From contig OY762654.1 in NCBI GenBank assembly GCA_963666205.1, positions 640,001-704,000 on the forward strand: a stretch of 64,000 nucleotides of DNA. The letters run 5' to 3'. The notes below the pieces were generated by a model. The model did no database searches. It was not told the DNA's origin and was given only the letters and a program-made list of their open reading frames with translations. Position 1 is the stretch's first letter. Each line of letters starts with the position of its first letter. Source of the DNA: Synergistales bacterium (GTDB lineage: Bacteria > Synergistota > Synergistia > Synergistales > JAFGMB01). Made by a program: the position numbers and the translations under genes. Of this stretch, positions 28,997 through 40,370 are shown piece by piece.

Positions 28997-29425
28997 CTAA
29001 AAGTTAAACTCTACGGGCTTCTGAGCCGCGTGAGGATGGTTCGGACCTGCATAAACCTTGAGCTTAAGATGCATTTTCAGACGGTTTCTGGGAAGCATTC
29101 CCTTAACCACATGCTCAACAAGTTTTTCAGGCTTTTTCTCCATAAGGGTTCCGTAGGTTACAGTTTTAAGTCCACCAGGATGTCCACTGAAGTGGTGAAC
29201 CACAGACTGTTCTTTTTTTCTTCCAGTAAGCTTCACCTTTTCAGCATTGACCACTATAACGAAATCTCCACAATCAACATGAGGAGTATATACCGGCTTA
29301 TGTTTGCCCATCAGGACCCTTGCGATCTGAACAGCAAGTCTCCCAAGAGGTTTATCTGTAGCATCCACGACATACCAGCTGCGCTCAACTGTTTCGCGTC
29401 TGGCCATGAATGTTTTGTCACTCAT
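28997..29425 (-). CDS. rplM: 50S ribosomal protein L13
   Basis: [29 protein letters not shown]. Confidence 0.98.
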   Translation of the reverse strand: MSDKTFMARRETVERSWYVVDATDKPLGRLAVQIARVLMGKHKPVYTPHVDCGDFVIVVNAEKVKLTGRKKEQSVVHHFSGHPGGLKTVTYGTLMEKKPEKLVEHVVKGMLPRNRLKMHLKLKVYAGPNHPHAAQKPVEFNF

Positions 29426-29598
29426 GGATTTTCACTCCTTTTAAAAAGATTATCCCTGTTACTCTGTTTATTTAAACAACCCTGGACACTCTCGCTCTTT
29501 TACAGCCTCTAACCAAAGGTATCACAAGGACGTGGCTGGGGTCCTCATAAATACATGGCCGATAAGAACAAGATCATACAAGGAATATATGCCGTAAA

Positions 29599-30642
29599 CT
29601 ATTTCAATCTTTTCAGCTTGGGATTCTCAATGATTCCTGGTAATCTACCCCGTTTAGCTATGGGAATTCCATCTACCTCTTTAATATCCATGGTCATATC
29701 CCTGGGAGTAGCATGAGCGATATAACTACCAACACCAAAAGAATCAACACCTGCTTTGGACAGGATCCTAATCCTATCTGGATCAAGACCACCCGAAGCA
29801 ATTATTTTTACCTTATCATAACCCTTCTTGTCAAGTCTCCACCTTACCTCCCTGACAAGTTCAGGGGTTACTCCACCTCTTTCACCAGGGGTGTCAAGGC
29901 GAACACCCTGGAGACGATCTCCAAGAAGGTCTGCAACCCGGACAGACTCTTCTGTTTCATCCTTGAAAGTATCCACAAGTATTATTCTTGCTTCATCTTC
30001 AGGAAGAAAGGCATCATAGGTCCTGGCTAATTCAACAGTATCTCCTACAACAAGTATTGCCGCATGAGGTATGGTTCCCTTGGGCTCCAATCCTGCCATT
30101 TTGGCTCCCAGAACACAGCTGGCGGCAGAACAACCTCCTATTGCAACTGCAGCTCTTTCCATAACTGGAGCAACTGCAGGATGGACATGACGGGCACCGA
30201 AACACAGAACAGGTTTGCCCTCCGCTGCTTCTACACATTCTCTGGCAGCAGTAGCCCATCCGGTAGAGCTTGCTAGCATTCCCAGAATGACCGTTTCATA
30301 CATTCCGAAATCTTCATAAGAACCTGTTATTCTAAGAACTACGTCCTTGGGCGCGAAGGAATCTCCCTCGTCAAGATGATCTATGACAAGGTCTTTTCCT
30401 TCAAGGAGGCGTAAAACCTCAGGGAGACCAGCAAAGATACCCTGGTTCCTTGTGAAGAATTCTGCTACAACTGGTGTATCCAGTTTTTTACACTGGCGAA
30501 GGACATCCCTTGTTTTTACGAAGTAGACATCAGTGGTCATTCCACTAAATATCTCTTCGTGGGTCGCGCTGAAAAATCGATCTTTCTCTACAGCGGTTGA
30601 ATAGATGTCCTGAAGTGAATCAAGCCTTTTCCCATCCATCAA
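29599..30642 (-). CDS. pncB: Nicotinate phosphoribosyltransferase (archaeal-like short form)
   Basis: TTDVYF, FGAR, GTIPHA, LVDTF, GVRLDT, ASGG, FGVGS. Confidence 0.85.
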   Translation of the reverse strand: MMDGKRLDSLQDIYSTAVEKDRFFSATHEEIFSGMTTDVYFVKTRDVLRQCKKLDTPVVAEFFTRNQGIFAGLPEVLRLLEGKDLVIDHLDEGDSFAPKDVVLRITGSYEDFGMYETVILGMLASSTGWATAARECVEAAEGKPVLCFGARHVHPAVAPVMERAAVAIGGCSAASCVLGAKMAGLEPKGTIPHAAILVVGDTVELARTYDAFLPEDEARIILVDTFKDETEESVRVADLLGDRLQGVRLDTPGERGGVTPELVREVRWRLDKKGYDKVKIIASGGLDPDRIRILSKAGVDSFGVGSYIAHATPRDMTMDIKEVDGIPIAKRGRLPGIIENPKLKRLK

Positions 30643-30653
30643 GTATTACGTCC

Positions 30654-30884
30654 CTAGCCGGAGATCATTACCAATACGATCGATGTTACCATGAAAAGAG
30701 CAGAAAGGACTACCGTAGTCTTGGTAAGACCCGTGAAACGCTGCCACTGACTCCCACCCATATCTGCCTGAGTGCCTCCTCCAAAAATTCCGGAGAATCC
30801 TCCCTGTTTTCTGTGCTGTAACATTACAACAGATATAAGAGCAACACAAAGAATAATGTGCGCTATCCCTAAAACCATTTTCAT
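30654..30884 (-). CDS. secG: Preprotein translocase SecG
   Basis: Two TM helices around LQHRKQGGFSGIFGGG. Confidence 0.92.
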   Translation of the reverse strand: MKMVLGIAHIILCVALISVVMLQHRKQGGFSGIFGGGTQADMGGSQWQRFTGLTKTTVVLSALFMVTSIVLVMISG

Positions 30885-30925
30885 TCCTGCACCTCCTAAA
30901 AAAATAACCATACGAGAACAGCTTG

Positions 30926-31519
30926 TTATTCTATCATAGAAAACTCCGCTAGCATATCCATTAAAGCATAAGAAGCTACAGCACGATGAGATATCCGGGT
31001 CTTTACTTCATCTCCCAGTTCAGCAAAAGTCTTCTTGTAACCGGATGGTATAAAGATTGGATCATAGCCGAATCCGCACTGACCTGCGGGTTCTCTTGCG
31101 ATCTCTCCCCAGCAATAACCTTCTGTGAGCCATAGACGGCTATCTTCGGGGAAAAACAGGGCAAAGGCAGCCACATATCGACAGCATCTGTCCTTTGATC
31201 CTTCAAGTCTTTTCAGTATGGTGAAATTCCTGAGACAATCATTAGATGCCAGTCGAGAAGAGTATATTCCAGGTTCCCACCCAAGAGCTCTGACCTCGAT
31301 ACCGCTATCATCAGCCAGGGCAGGCATCCCTGAAAGTTCAGCCCAGGCAACAGCCTTGAGAATGGCATTCTGTGGATAAGACGTTCCTGTCTCATCCACA
31401 TCCAGAGAATACCTGTCAGCACCGAATACAAGTTCAACCCCGATCTTTTTCAGAAGATCAGAGATTTCCCTGAATTTATGCCTGTTTCTGCTTGCAAACA
31501 GGATTCTGAAATTCTTCAA
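30926..31519 (-). CDS. rdgB: Non-canonical purine NTP pyrophosphatase (RdgB/HAM1)
   Basis: [32 protein letters not shown]. Confidence 0.95.
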   Translation of the reverse strand: MKNFRILFASRNRHKFREISDLLKKIGVELVFGADRYSLDVDETGTSYPQNAILKAVAWAELSGMPALADDSGIEVRALGWEPGIYSSRLASNDCLRNFTILKRLEGSKDRCCRYVAAFALFFPEDSRLWLTEGYCWGEIAREPAGQCGFGYDPIFIPSGYKKTFAELGDEVKTRISHRAVASYALMDMLAEFSMIE

Positions 31520-32264
31520 TGGCCTTTATTTCCACCTCCGATAGAGCTAGCACTTCTTTCTGTATTGAAACCAGTTGTTTTATTCCGTCTTCAGCGAGAT
31601 TAAGCATCCCCGTTAATTCATCCCTGTTAAAGGTGTCACCCTCGCCTGTACCCTGGATTTCTATAAAACGTCCTAATTCGGTCATGATAACGTTAAAATC
31701 GACATCAGCCCGGCTGTCCTCCTCATAGCAGAGATCAAGGAGCACTTCTCCTTCTATTTTGCCGGAACTTACTGCGGCAACAAAGGTCTTCACTGGGAGG
31801 GTGTTGATGTCTCCCCTTTCCCAGAGAGTCCTGAGAGCATCAACAAGGGCGACAAAAGCGCCCGTTATGGATGCTGTCCGCGTACCTCCATCTGCCTGGA
31901 TCACATCACAATCAAGCCATATGGTCCGCTCACCGAGAGCGAACAGGTCTACGGAAGATCTGAGAGAGCGCCCTATTAGTCTCTGTATTTCGGAACTTCT
32001 TCCGTTGATGGTACCCCTTGAAGTGCTTCTGGGTGTTCTGACACCGGTAGAGCGTGGGAGCATGGAGTATTCTGCAGTTATCCACCCCTGGCCCGTACCT
32101 TTTAAAAAAGATGGGACTTTGTCCTCTACCGAAGCTGTACAGATAACACGGGTATTTCCACAACTTATGAGCACAGAACCCTCAGCGTAGAGAGTATAAT
32201 TCCTCTCTATGCTGACTTTTCTTAATTCATCATAAGCGCGTCTGTCTATCCTTTCAAATTTCAT
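31476..32264 (-). CDS. rph: Ribonuclease PH
   Basis: [56 protein letters not shown] before ATG 32264. Confidence 0.97.
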   Translation of the reverse strand: MKFERIDRRAYDELRKVSIERNYTLYAEGSVLISCGNTRVICTASVEDKVPSFLKGTGQGWITAEYSMLPRSTGVRTPRSTSRGTINGRSSEIQRLIGRSLRSSVDLFALGERTIWLDCDVIQADGGTRTASITGAFVALVDALRTLWERGDINTLPVKTFVAAVSSGKIEGEVLLDLCYEEDSRADVDFNVIMTELGRFIEIQGTGEGDTFNRDELTGMLNLAEDGIKQLVSIQKEVLALSEVEIKAIEEFQNPVCKQKQA

Positions 32265-32298
32265 CCAATTTCCTCCTCCAAAAAACCGTACCTGTTCA

Positions 32299-32982
32299 TC
32301 AAGATGATGAAAGCTGCCAGGGAACAGAAAGGTCAACCGGATCTGCTCCAACAGGGACTCGACCCTCGATCATTATCCGGACCTTGGTAACAGGAGAAAA
32401 ATTATCCACCATTGTTCTCACTATACTTGTCATGACAATAGCGGCCCGTTCTTTTTCTATCTTCTGGAGCGATCGAAGAAAGGGTTCATTCAAGTCTAGA
32501 TACAGTATCTCTCCATTTCTGAAAACATGCAGAACTTCAATATCCTTCTGTAAATATCCTGCAGAGACTCCCGCCGTAACCAGGCTGGATATGACCTTTT
32601 TAACATCATCCTCCATCAGACCAGAAAGTATGGGGACCTGTCTGGATGAGACACCTCCATCTGAAGGAACGTAAAGGTTAAACAGAATTTTTTTGGCAGG
32701 AATACCTGCAGAAACTTCCTGAGAGTTTTCTTTTGATATGAGATCTGCTGTTTCCATAGAATTGGATACCACGTCCTCCTGTACGACTATGTCCTTTTTC
32801 GTAAGGACCTTAAGTGCAAGGGAAGTACCACCATACCCAATACCGAAACAGACAATCACAAGGGATATCCAGGCAATAATCCTGAAAGGAAGAGGAGCCT
32901 TCAATGTCGACTCCGATCTTCTTTTCTTTCTTGTTTTCAACACTTCCTTTTCGATATCAAACTGATCCTTTTCCTGTTCCAT
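32299..32982 (-). CDS. Membrane-anchored GerMN-domain protein
   Basis: Single TM; YLDL..F....E......SIVRT......V..V.I.IEG; gerM-rph-rdgB synteny. Confidence 0.8.
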   Translation of the reverse strand: MEQEKDQFDIEKEVLKTRKKRRSESTLKAPLPFRIIAWISLVIVCFGIGYGGTSLALKVLTKKDIVVQEDVVSNSMETADLISKENSQEVSAGIPAKKILFNLYVPSDGGVSSRQVPILSGLMEDDVKKVISSLVTAGVSAGYLQKDIEVLHVFRNGEILYLDLNEPFLRSLQKIEKERAAIVMTSIVRTMVDNFSPVTKVRIMIEGRVPVGADPVDLSVPWQLSSS

Positions 32983-33081
32983 AAATAGCGGATATAAACT
33001 GAAAATTCATTTCAGCCCTATCCAGACCCTCCTTTCGATAGCGACCTCGCATCATTAAACAAATTCTTCTCCTGGCTCGAA

Positions 33082-34707
33082 CTACATCTTTTCCAGGTAT
33101 GCATAAATACCTTCTGCAAGAGAAGCGGCAAGCTTTTCCTGGTAACTGGAGGATGCAAGAAGCCGTGCTTCTTTTTTTTCGGTGATAAATCCCGTTTCTA
33201 TCAATATGGCAGGCATTCCCGCACCTCTAAGAACATAGAAAGGAGCCTGTGCTACACGCCTCATGGGAAGCCCCTTCCTTTTCCCTGAACTGAAGAGCAC
33301 TTCTGCTACCTGGGTACTTTCATCGATCTTGGCATTCTGCTGCATATTACCCAGAATATTGAGAAGCATTCGTGTTTTTTTGTCTGAAGCCTGGATACTT
33401 TCAGCATTACCATCTCCATTGGCAAGCTCCTTGTTCTCAATAAGGGCAAGTTGCATGGCATCCTTATCGGTAGGTAGGGCCATAAGATAGATCTCCATAC
33501 CTGTGGCATGTCTTCCAGGGGGAAGGGCATTGGCATGAATGCTCACAAACATTGCAGCATTCCACTCATTGGCCAAATGGGTTCTCTCCTGAAGTCTGAG
33601 ATAACTGTCTCCCGTTCTGGTAAGTCTTGCAGGTATGCCCCTTCGTGTCAGATGGGAAACTATTCGTTTCGATATCTGAAGATTTATATCCTTCTCTCTT
33701 ATACCATTGGCTACCGCTCCAGGATCCTTCCCTCCATGGCCTGGATCAATAACAACAAGTTGAGAAGTTGCTGTACTGGAAATATTTTGTTTTCTGTCTT
33801 CCATGGATTTCCAATCTTTTAAAGTTGAAACAGGATTTTTTTGTACAGGATTTAACTGTCCGACCTTGTCCAGCATAAAATCGACAACCAGTCTTTGCGG
33901 ATCTTCAAGTCTGAAGTGCTGCACATTAACAGATGCGTGGCTAAGACTCAGGATAAAGCTGCTTCCATAGTTGGTTACCCCCGCTTTCACTACTGACGGA
34001 TAGGGGGAAAAGACATTGGCAGGGTTAAAGGAAGAAGAAAATGCGAATGGGATCTCCAGCCTGCCCGACAATGTTTTTATATCAGGAAAATCCTTTCCGG
34101 CAAGATCAAGAACAAGCCTCACCTTATCCTCATATTTCCCCCATCTGAGGTCTCTCAGTCTTGCACTGGGAGCCTTTATGACAGGTGTTTTGTCGTTTGT
34201 TGTTTCAACAGTCATCAAAGAACCTGCGATATTGTCATTTTGACCGGAAGGACTTATCGGACCGCCAGGAGAAGGATCACCCATTTCGGATCCTTTCCAT
34301 GCTATAGACTGGCCTTTTCCCACCGAATTAAGAAGCATCTGCATTATTTTCAGAGCTGATCTTGAATCCATCCACCATCGCTGCCCATCAAAAGATGCAG
34401 GAGCTGCAAGCGGGACAAGCTGGACATTAAACCATACAGCAGCTGCATCTTTAACTACCTGCACCTTATCCTTCCCGACACTGATAACCAGAGTATCATC
34501 CTTGGGCTTAAGGTTAAATTCAAGTAATTCTCCCATCTTGCCCAGGGAAACAAAGACATTCCCGCCCCGGGAATCCACCGGAACTACTCCAAGTGATCTC
34601 CCATTCAGCCACAGTTTCCAGCCTTCGGATGCAGAGTAAGAAGAAGAACAGAACAGAAAAAGGCAGAAAAACACCAGGAAGGAATTAAATACCAGCCGCC
34701 GCAACAT
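33082..34707 (-). CDS. N-acetylmuramoyl-L-alanine amidase (Amidase_3 with AMIN domains)
   Basis: VIDPGHGGKDPGA, EK.INL, FVSIHAN, AILIETGFIT; RLVLDL / P.RLVVDF. Confidence 0.93.
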   Translation of the reverse strand: MLRRLVFNSFLVFFCLFLFCSSSYSASEGWKLWLNGRSLGVVPVDSRGGNVFVSLGKMGELLEFNLKPKDDTLVISVGKDKVQVVKDAAAVWFNVQLVPLAAPASFDGQRWWMDSRSALKIMQMLLNSVGKGQSIAWKGSEMGDPSPGGPISPSGQNDNIAGSLMTVETTNDKTPVIKAPSARLRDLRWGKYEDKVRLVLDLAGKDFPDIKTLSGRLEIPFAFSSSFNPANVFSPYPSVVKAGVTNYGSSFILSLSHASVNVQHFRLEDPQRLVVDFMLDKVGQLNPVQKNPVSTLKDWKSMEDRKQNISSTATSQLVVIDPGHGGKDPGAVANGIREKDINLQISKRIVSHLTRRGIPARLTRTGDSYLRLQERTHLANEWNAAMFVSIHANALPPGRHATGMEIYLMALPTDKDAMQLALIENKELANGDGNAESIQASDKKTRMLLNILGNMQQNAKIDESTQVAEVLFSSGKRKGLPMRRVAQAPFYVLRGAGMPAILIETGFITEKKEARLLASSSYQEKLAASLAEGIYAYLEKM

Positions 34708-36046
34708 CTCGCACCACCAAAGTACATCCCCCGATATTTCCAAAGAACCGGAGGTCATTACCGATAATATCTATTTTATCAAGAAGCTCCAGGATGTTTC
34801 CCGCGATTGTCATACCTGATACAGGAGACCTGAATTTGCCATCCTCAATGAAGGTTCCCTTGATCCCGAGAGAAAAATCTCCGCTTACCGGGTCTATTGT
34901 ATGGAGACCAAGGAGTTCAAGTACGTAGATAGCCTTTCCGGCTGATGAAACAATATTGTCATGGCTTGCAGTTCCTGGCACGATATACAGGTTGCTGATA
35001 TCGACATCCGGAAGAGAAGAGATTCCCCTTGCGGCATTTCCTGTCGATACTACTCCATCTATTTTCGCGTATTTCAGATTGTATAGATATGATTGAACAA
35101 CCCCGTCTTCAAGTATGACAGTGCGAGTGGTGGGACATCCCTCTCCATCAAAGGGGGATGAAGCCGCACCCCAGGGGATGGTACCGTCATCAATAAGGGT
35201 AACAGACCCTGCTGCGATCTTTTTGCCAAGACTTTCCTTAAGGAGGGATTTATTCTTGTGGATGTTAGGAGCAAGGAAGAGCTCTCCCAATACTTCTATG
35301 AATGAGGCGGTAGTTTCAGGATCAAGGAGTAGATCATACTTACCTGTAGGCAAAGGAGTACCGTCTAGAATAGCAAGGGTCCTTTGAACTGCCTGAGAAG
35401 AGATTTCACAGGGGTTAAGAGATGCCAGTAACCGTGATTCATCACCATAGCCTCCCATCTCCATGCCATTTTCGCCTTTGAGGACTACCGCTACTCCACA
35501 ACTTGCTGAACTGCCTCTGTACCAGCCAGAGAAACCGGAACTTGATAAATAAAGTATCTCACCCTGCCCATCCGCCCAGGATGCGCTTCTGACAGATTCC
35601 ACTCGAGGATCTGCCGAACGGGCTATTTCTGTCATTTGAGAACAGACTTCCATACGATACTCAGGATCGATCTTTTCTATCTCCGGATCTTCCATTTCCA
35701 GATCATAAGATGGAGATGGACCATCATAAAGGCATATATCAGGGTCCGGCTCAGACACCCTGCAGTTGTTCCAGCTCCAATTGAGGAGGGAATCAAGATC
35801 ATCCTTTTCCATACTGCTCACATAGGCTATTCCCTGTCTTCCCTGTGAGTCTATTGTCCTCAGTCCAATACCAATACTATAGCCAGTTGTATTCTCTTCG
35901 GGTTGACCTTCCCTGAGGCTTAACAGATGCCCCCTCCTTGCACTGAAGAGGACATCTGAACCTATGGCACCCAGAACCCTGGACCTGTCAATAAGATAAT
36001 GAGCCCTGTCTTCTACCTTATCTCGGGAAAAGAACTTCAAGACCAA
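34685..36046 (-). CDS. TldD/PmbA family protein (PmbA/TldE-like)
   Basis: GIGLR, PFDGEG, STGNA.R, SGDFS, G.TIAGN. Confidence 0.9.
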   Translation of the reverse strand: MVLKFFSRDKVEDRAHYLIDRSRVLGAIGSDVLFSARRGHLLSLREGQPEENTTGYSIGIGLRTIDSQGRQGIAYVSSMEKDDLDSLLNWSWNNCRVSEPDPDICLYDGPSPSYDLEMEDPEIEKIDPEYRMEVCSQMTEIARSADPRVESVRSASWADGQGEILYLSSSGFSGWYRGSSASCGVAVVLKGENGMEMGGYGDESRLLASLNPCEISSQAVQRTLAILDGTPLPTGKYDLLLDPETTASFIEVLGELFLAPNIHKNKSLLKESLGKKIAAGSVTLIDDGTIPWGAASSPFDGEGCPTTRTVILEDGVVQSYLYNLKYAKIDGVVSTGNAARGISSLPDVDISNLYIVPGTASHDNIVSSAGKAIYVLELLGLHTIDPVSGDFSLGIKGTFIEDGKFRSPVSGMTIAGNILELLDKIDIIGNDLRFFGNIGGCTLVVRDVAAAGI

Positions 36047-37070
36047 TATTGCACCTCTTTGGCTATGATATTGGCTGCCTGGATAACCTGTTCCCTGGAT
36101 ACATCAATATGAGTTACAAGCCGGAAACGGCCAGGTTCTACACTGTTGAACTGTACTCCCTTGAGAAACAGGAACTCAGGAACTTGTCTTCATCAAGGGA
36201 AGAAGGGGTCTTGAAGAAGACCATGTTCGTGCTTTGGGGACTTTCTTCGACTTCTATCCCTGTATCGGCAAGGATACCAGCCATCATAGCGGCGTTACAA
36301 TGATCTTCTGCGAGCCTTTCAATATTGTTTTCAAGAGCATAAAGGCCCCCTGCTGCAATAATACCAGCCTGACGCATTCCCCCACCTACTTTTTTACGCC
36401 AGTAACGTGCCTCATCAATGAAAGTCGAAGATGCACATATCAGTGAACCGACAGGTGCTCCCAGTCCTTTGGAAAGACATATCTGAACGGAGTCGACATG
36501 GGTGGTATACTCATCAGCACCAACATTCCATGCGGCCGCTGCATTGAAGATCCTGGCACCGTCAAGGTGAATTGCAAGACCCATTTCCCTTGCCCCATCC
36601 GCAACTTCCTGAAAAGTTGAAGGAGAAACAGCTATGCCTCCTCCTTTATTATGGGTGTTCTCCAGGCATAGAAGTCTTGCGGGAGCGAAGTGGACATTGG
36701 CGGGTCTGCACCAGTGAGAGATATCTTCGAGTGAAGGAATCCCCTGGCTGTCATTTACTGTGAGGGGAAGGATACCTCCAAGGGCGGACATCCCACCTGC
36801 TTCATAGTAATAGATGTGGCTCTTCTGCCCCAGAATAGCTCCATCTCCAGGAGAGCAATGGGTCAGGAGGGAAACCAGGTTGCCCATGGTACCCGAAACG
36901 ACAAAAAGGGCGGCCTCTTTACCGGTCAGAGCTGCTGCTTTTTCTTCAAGAGCAATGACGGTCGGATCCTCTCCATAAACGTCATCTCCAACTTCAGCCT
37001 CGTACATGGCTTTGCGCATTTCTTCACCAGGTTTTGTGACTGTATCACTTTTCAGGTCTATAACTGCCAT
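36037..37070 (-). CDS. ltaE: Low-specificity L-threonine aldolase with apparent -1 frameshift near 36159
   Basis: DL.SDTVT.P, GDDVYGEDPT, SGTMGN, HLDGARIFNA, CLSKGLGAPVGS, GGGMRQAG; conserved RLVTH.DV tail lies in another frame. Confidence 0.9.
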
Positions 37071-37293
37071 GTCAATCTCCCCCTGTTCAGAAATTTAAAG
37101 GTTTAACTGCATAAGGAATTCCGAATGATTTTAACACAAGGATCAAGAAAGTAACTCCGCAGATATTGTATGACAGGCAAAAAGAGATAACAACTGCCTT
37201 CTTTCAGGTTCCCAATTTATATATCCCCAACACATTTACTTATAGAAAAGTAGCTCTCATTCTATTTCGGGGCTGTAATACTGCTCCCCTGAT

Positions 37294-38121
37294 CTAAAGA
37301 GTGACATTCAATCGGGCCCATGGAAGAAAATCGTCCCTCACCAGCATCCCAAGATCGGTTCCCTGCCTGTTGTTGCCATGGAAATCAGTTCCGGCTGTAG
37401 GAAAAAGATCCATTCGAGATGCCACCTGGAGATACCGGAGGATGGCCTGAGAACTATAACCAGGATATACACACTCCATTCCCCATAAACCCATCTCCTT
37501 CAATTCTGCAAGAATAGAGAGGAGGCTTTCCTCATCCAGGGTAGTCTGTGAAGGATGAGCAAGGACAGGAAGTCCTCCTGATTGAGTAATAGCGTCTATG
37601 CATTCCCGGGGAGAAAGTTTTACTCTGTCAACATAAGCAGAAGCCCCTCTTGCCAGATATTCCATGAAAGCTGCATGCATATTTCGGGAATATCCTTTTC
37701 TGACAAGGATCCTGGCAAAATGGGGTCTGGCTATAACATCCCCCCCAGCTTCTCTTAGGAGTTCCTCATAGCTGATCTTTATACCCTTCTGAAGGAGTTT
37801 TTCCAGTATGATCCGGTTTCTTTCATTCCTGTGACATCTGAGTGCTGCAAGTTTTTCTTCCAGCGCTGAAGTATCTTTCCCGATCCGATACCCCAGGATG
37901 TGTAATGTAGAGGGGTATCGGGCAGAAAGCTCCACGCCCCTTATCCCTTTTATGCCATGTTTAATGCAGGCCCTGCTAAAATCATTTAAACCATCGAGAG
38001 TATCATGATCGGTAAGGCTAAGGACACTTATCTTCTTTTTTTTTGCCCGGATAACAAGCTGTAATGGGGAAAGGGTACCATCTGAATAAGTGCTGTGGGT
38101 ATGAAGATCTATTACCATCAT
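37294..38121 (-). CDS. PHP-domain phosphoesterase (TrpH/YciV-like)
   Basis: DLHTHSTYSDG, LTDHDT, GVELS, HILG, RPH, LAHP, GTDFHG. Confidence 0.93.
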   Translation of the reverse strand: MMVIDLHTHSTYSDGTLSPLQLVIRAKKKKISVLSLTDHDTLDGLNDFSRACIKHGIKGIRGVELSARYPSTLHILGYRIGKDTSALEEKLAALRCHRNERNRIILEKLLQKGIKISYEELLREAGGDVIARPHFARILVRKGYSRNMHAAFMEYLARGASAYVDRVKLSPRECIDAITQSGGLPVLAHPSQTTLDEESLLSILAELKEMGLWGMECVYPGYSSQAILRYLQVASRMDLFPTAGTDFHGNNRQGTDLGMLVRDDFLPWARLNVTL

Positions 38122-38157
38122 CTTGCCAGGACTCCTTATCGAGAAATATGAATCACA

Positions 38158-38700
38158 TTACCATTCCTGTCTATGAAGGACATCTCCCTGAAGGGTTATT
38201 ATCCTGATTTCCCTGTCCGTTAATGTGGCAACGCTCTCAGGATCACGTCCTTTGGGGAGGCTTGCCGAACCGGGATTCAGGTATGTGATCTCATTTTCCA
38301 CAATTAGAGAAGCAACATGGGTATGTCCGGTAATAACAAGGTGAGGTTTAAATTCCATGGCAAGACTCCTGATTTTTGAAAAATCAGTACCATGGGATAC
38401 CAGGATAAATCGACCTTGCCACCAGATAGTGACAAAAGGAGACAGGAGAGGCCACTTTATAAGGTCCTGGTCCACATCAGCATCACAATTTCCCCTGGCT
38501 ATCAGAATTGGAACTTCAGATCTATTCATGGCTGCAGGTAAGGCAAGAGTGTCATACCCTTCCGTAATAACATTTTTCGGACCATGGTAAAGGATATCTC
38601 CACAATGTATCACTGCCTCTACGTCAGTCCATATATTCCATGCTTTTTTCCAGGCGCTCAGACTTCCATGAGTATCAGAAATAACACCTATAGTATTCAC
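38158..38700 (-). CDS. YfcE-family phosphodiesterase
   Basis: ISDTHGS, HCGDILYHGP, RGNCD, HG, GHTH, NPGS.SLPK. Confidence 0.92.
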   Translation of the reverse strand: MNTIGVISDTHGSLSAWKKAWNIWTDVEAVIHCGDILYHGPKNVITEGYDTLALPAAMNRSEVPILIARGNCDADVDQDLIKWPLLSPFVTIWWQGRFILVSHGTDFSKIRSLAMEFKPHLVITGHTHVASLIVENEITYLNPGSASLPKGRDPESVATLTDREIRIITLQGDVLHRQEW

Positions 38701-39746
38701 TTTTTCTTCTTTCCCCCTTTCCAGATAGAGATAATATCCCTTAAGACTGCATAAGCAGTTTCTCGAGAACCTGCTCCTGCTCCTTTAACACATACCTCTC
38801 CAAGGGTATCTGTAAGAAAAAGAGCTCCATTTGTTACACCCGAAACAGAATGGAGGGGATGGTTGGACGGCAGGACTGAAGGTCGAACCCTGATTCTCAA
38901 AGTTCCATTATCCCTTTCAACACAAGCAACCAGTCGGACTGATCCACCAAATCTCTGGGCTTCTTCGAACATCCTGGGACTAACAGAACGAATCCCCTTT
39001 ACCTCCATTTCTTCGAATGGAATGTAGGGAGCTCCCATAACAGCCTGGGCAACTATGGATGCCTTCACGGCCGAATCCCAGCCATCAACGTCCAGTACAG
39101 GATCCGGTTCGGCATATCCCCTCCTCCTTGCCTCAAGAAGGGCATCATCAAAACCGGACCCATTAGACATAAGGCCAAGAATGTAATTGGATGTACCGTT
39201 TACAACCCCTTCAAAACTCTGTATCTCACAACCACAGAGACATTCGCTGGCAAATGAAAAAAGAGGCGTTCCTGCCATTACAGTACCTTCGAAAAGGCAC
39301 TTTACGCCCTTGGAAAAAGCCAGTTCACGGATTTCATGAAAATAGTGAAAGATGGGACCCTTGTTTGAAGTCACCACATGCTTTTCTCTTTTCAGTGCTT
39401 TCTCTAAGAAGGAAAAAGCTGGCTGACCGCTTTCGATCTGGAATGGAGTTGTCTCTACAAGAAGATCATATTCCCCATCCGAAAGGAGATCTTCTACAGT
39501 CAGGCCCACAGAGAAACCGGATTGAGATGAAGAGTCCACTCTTCCTGTAAAGTTCTCTGACCTGAGAAGGGACCCGAGTTCAAGCCCGGATTCTTTGTAG
39601 ACAGTACCTTTTGATCTGGTCCCGACTCCAACAACAGACAATTCGAGGTCGAACTTTTTTTTCAGAAGGTCACGCTTGGAATCTATCAATGCAACAAGGT
39701 TGTGTCCCACATTTCCAAAACCCAGAAGCAATATTCTAAAGGACAT
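38697..39746 (-). CDS. hom: Homoserine dehydrogenase
   Basis: GFGNVG, VVTSNKGP, FEGTVMAGTP, NGTSNYIL, GYAEPDP..DVDG.D, GAG..ETA. Confidence 0.93.
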   Translation of the reverse strand: MSFRILLLGFGNVGHNLVALIDSKRDLLKKKFDLELSVVGVGTRSKGTVYKESGLELGSLLRSENFTGRVDSSSQSGFSVGLTVEDLLSDGEYDLLVETTPFQIESGQPAFSFLEKALKREKHVVTSNKGPIFHYFHEIRELAFSKGVKCLFEGTVMAGTPLFSFASECLCGCEIQSFEGVVNGTSNYILGLMSNGSGFDDALLEARRRGYAEPDPVLDVDGWDSAVKASIVAQAVMGAPYIPFEEMEVKGIRSVSPRMFEEAQRFGGSVRLVACVERDNGTLRIRVRPSVLPSNHPLHSVSGVTNGALFLTDTLGEVCVKGAGAGSRETAYAVLRDIISIWKGGKKKK

Positions 39747-39932
39747 TAAAAAGATCTCCCCCTTGTAATTCGGGTTGGGAAAAAACATTTTATGATTGAT
39801 AATGGAAAATATGGTAATCTATGTATCTGCTTGATATGGGTTATATCCTATTATATAGACAATAGGATCACAATAAAGTTAATCTTTTAGCAAGCCCTTT
39901 TGTTTTCATAGTGGATAAAGGAGGAATTTACA

Positions 39933-40307
39933 TTGAAGGAATTAGACAAGGGCTCCGAAGAATTGTTTGAAGACTGTAAACGGATTATAGACTCTACAAG
40001 CCTCGTTACTGCCCGGATGATAGAGTCTATTGTGAGAAATTCCCAATTGGCAAGTTCCACTACACCAGAAATGCTGGAGATGTTCCAGAGTTGGCTGAAA
40101 CTTGTTTCCGGCGAGGTTATCAGAAATATCGGAAATGATCCAAAAGATATCAATATAGAGGAAACCGCAGGCCGAATAGGTCTTACCTCGGCAACGCTCC
40201 TGTCTCTCCTGTTATATCTTCACCGGAATGGAAGTATAAAGATCTCCGGAATAACCATTGAAAGGGAGTCAGGAGACAATACGGAGATATGTCACGATCT
40301 GATATAG
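39933..40307 (+). CDS. Hypothetical protein with possible C-terminal winged HTH
   Basis: AAGGAGGA RBS before TTG; IEETAGRIGLT...LLLYL.R.G.I pattern. Confidence 0.7.
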   Translation: MKELDKGSEELFEDCKRIIDSTSLVTARMIESIVRNSQLASSTTPEMLEMFQSWLKLVSGEVIRNIGNDPKDINIEETAGRIGLTSATLLSLLLYLHRNGSIKISGITIERESGDNTEICHDLI

Positions 40308-40356
40308 AATAACGAATGGGCCGATTACGATGATCGGCCCATTCGTTATTCTATAT
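40302..40356. terminator. Long perfect inverted repeat between convergent genes
   Basis: 24-bp arms atatagaataacgaatgggccgat / atcggcccattcgttattctatat. Confidence 0.8.
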
Positions 40357-40370
40357 TTTAAACAACCAGT

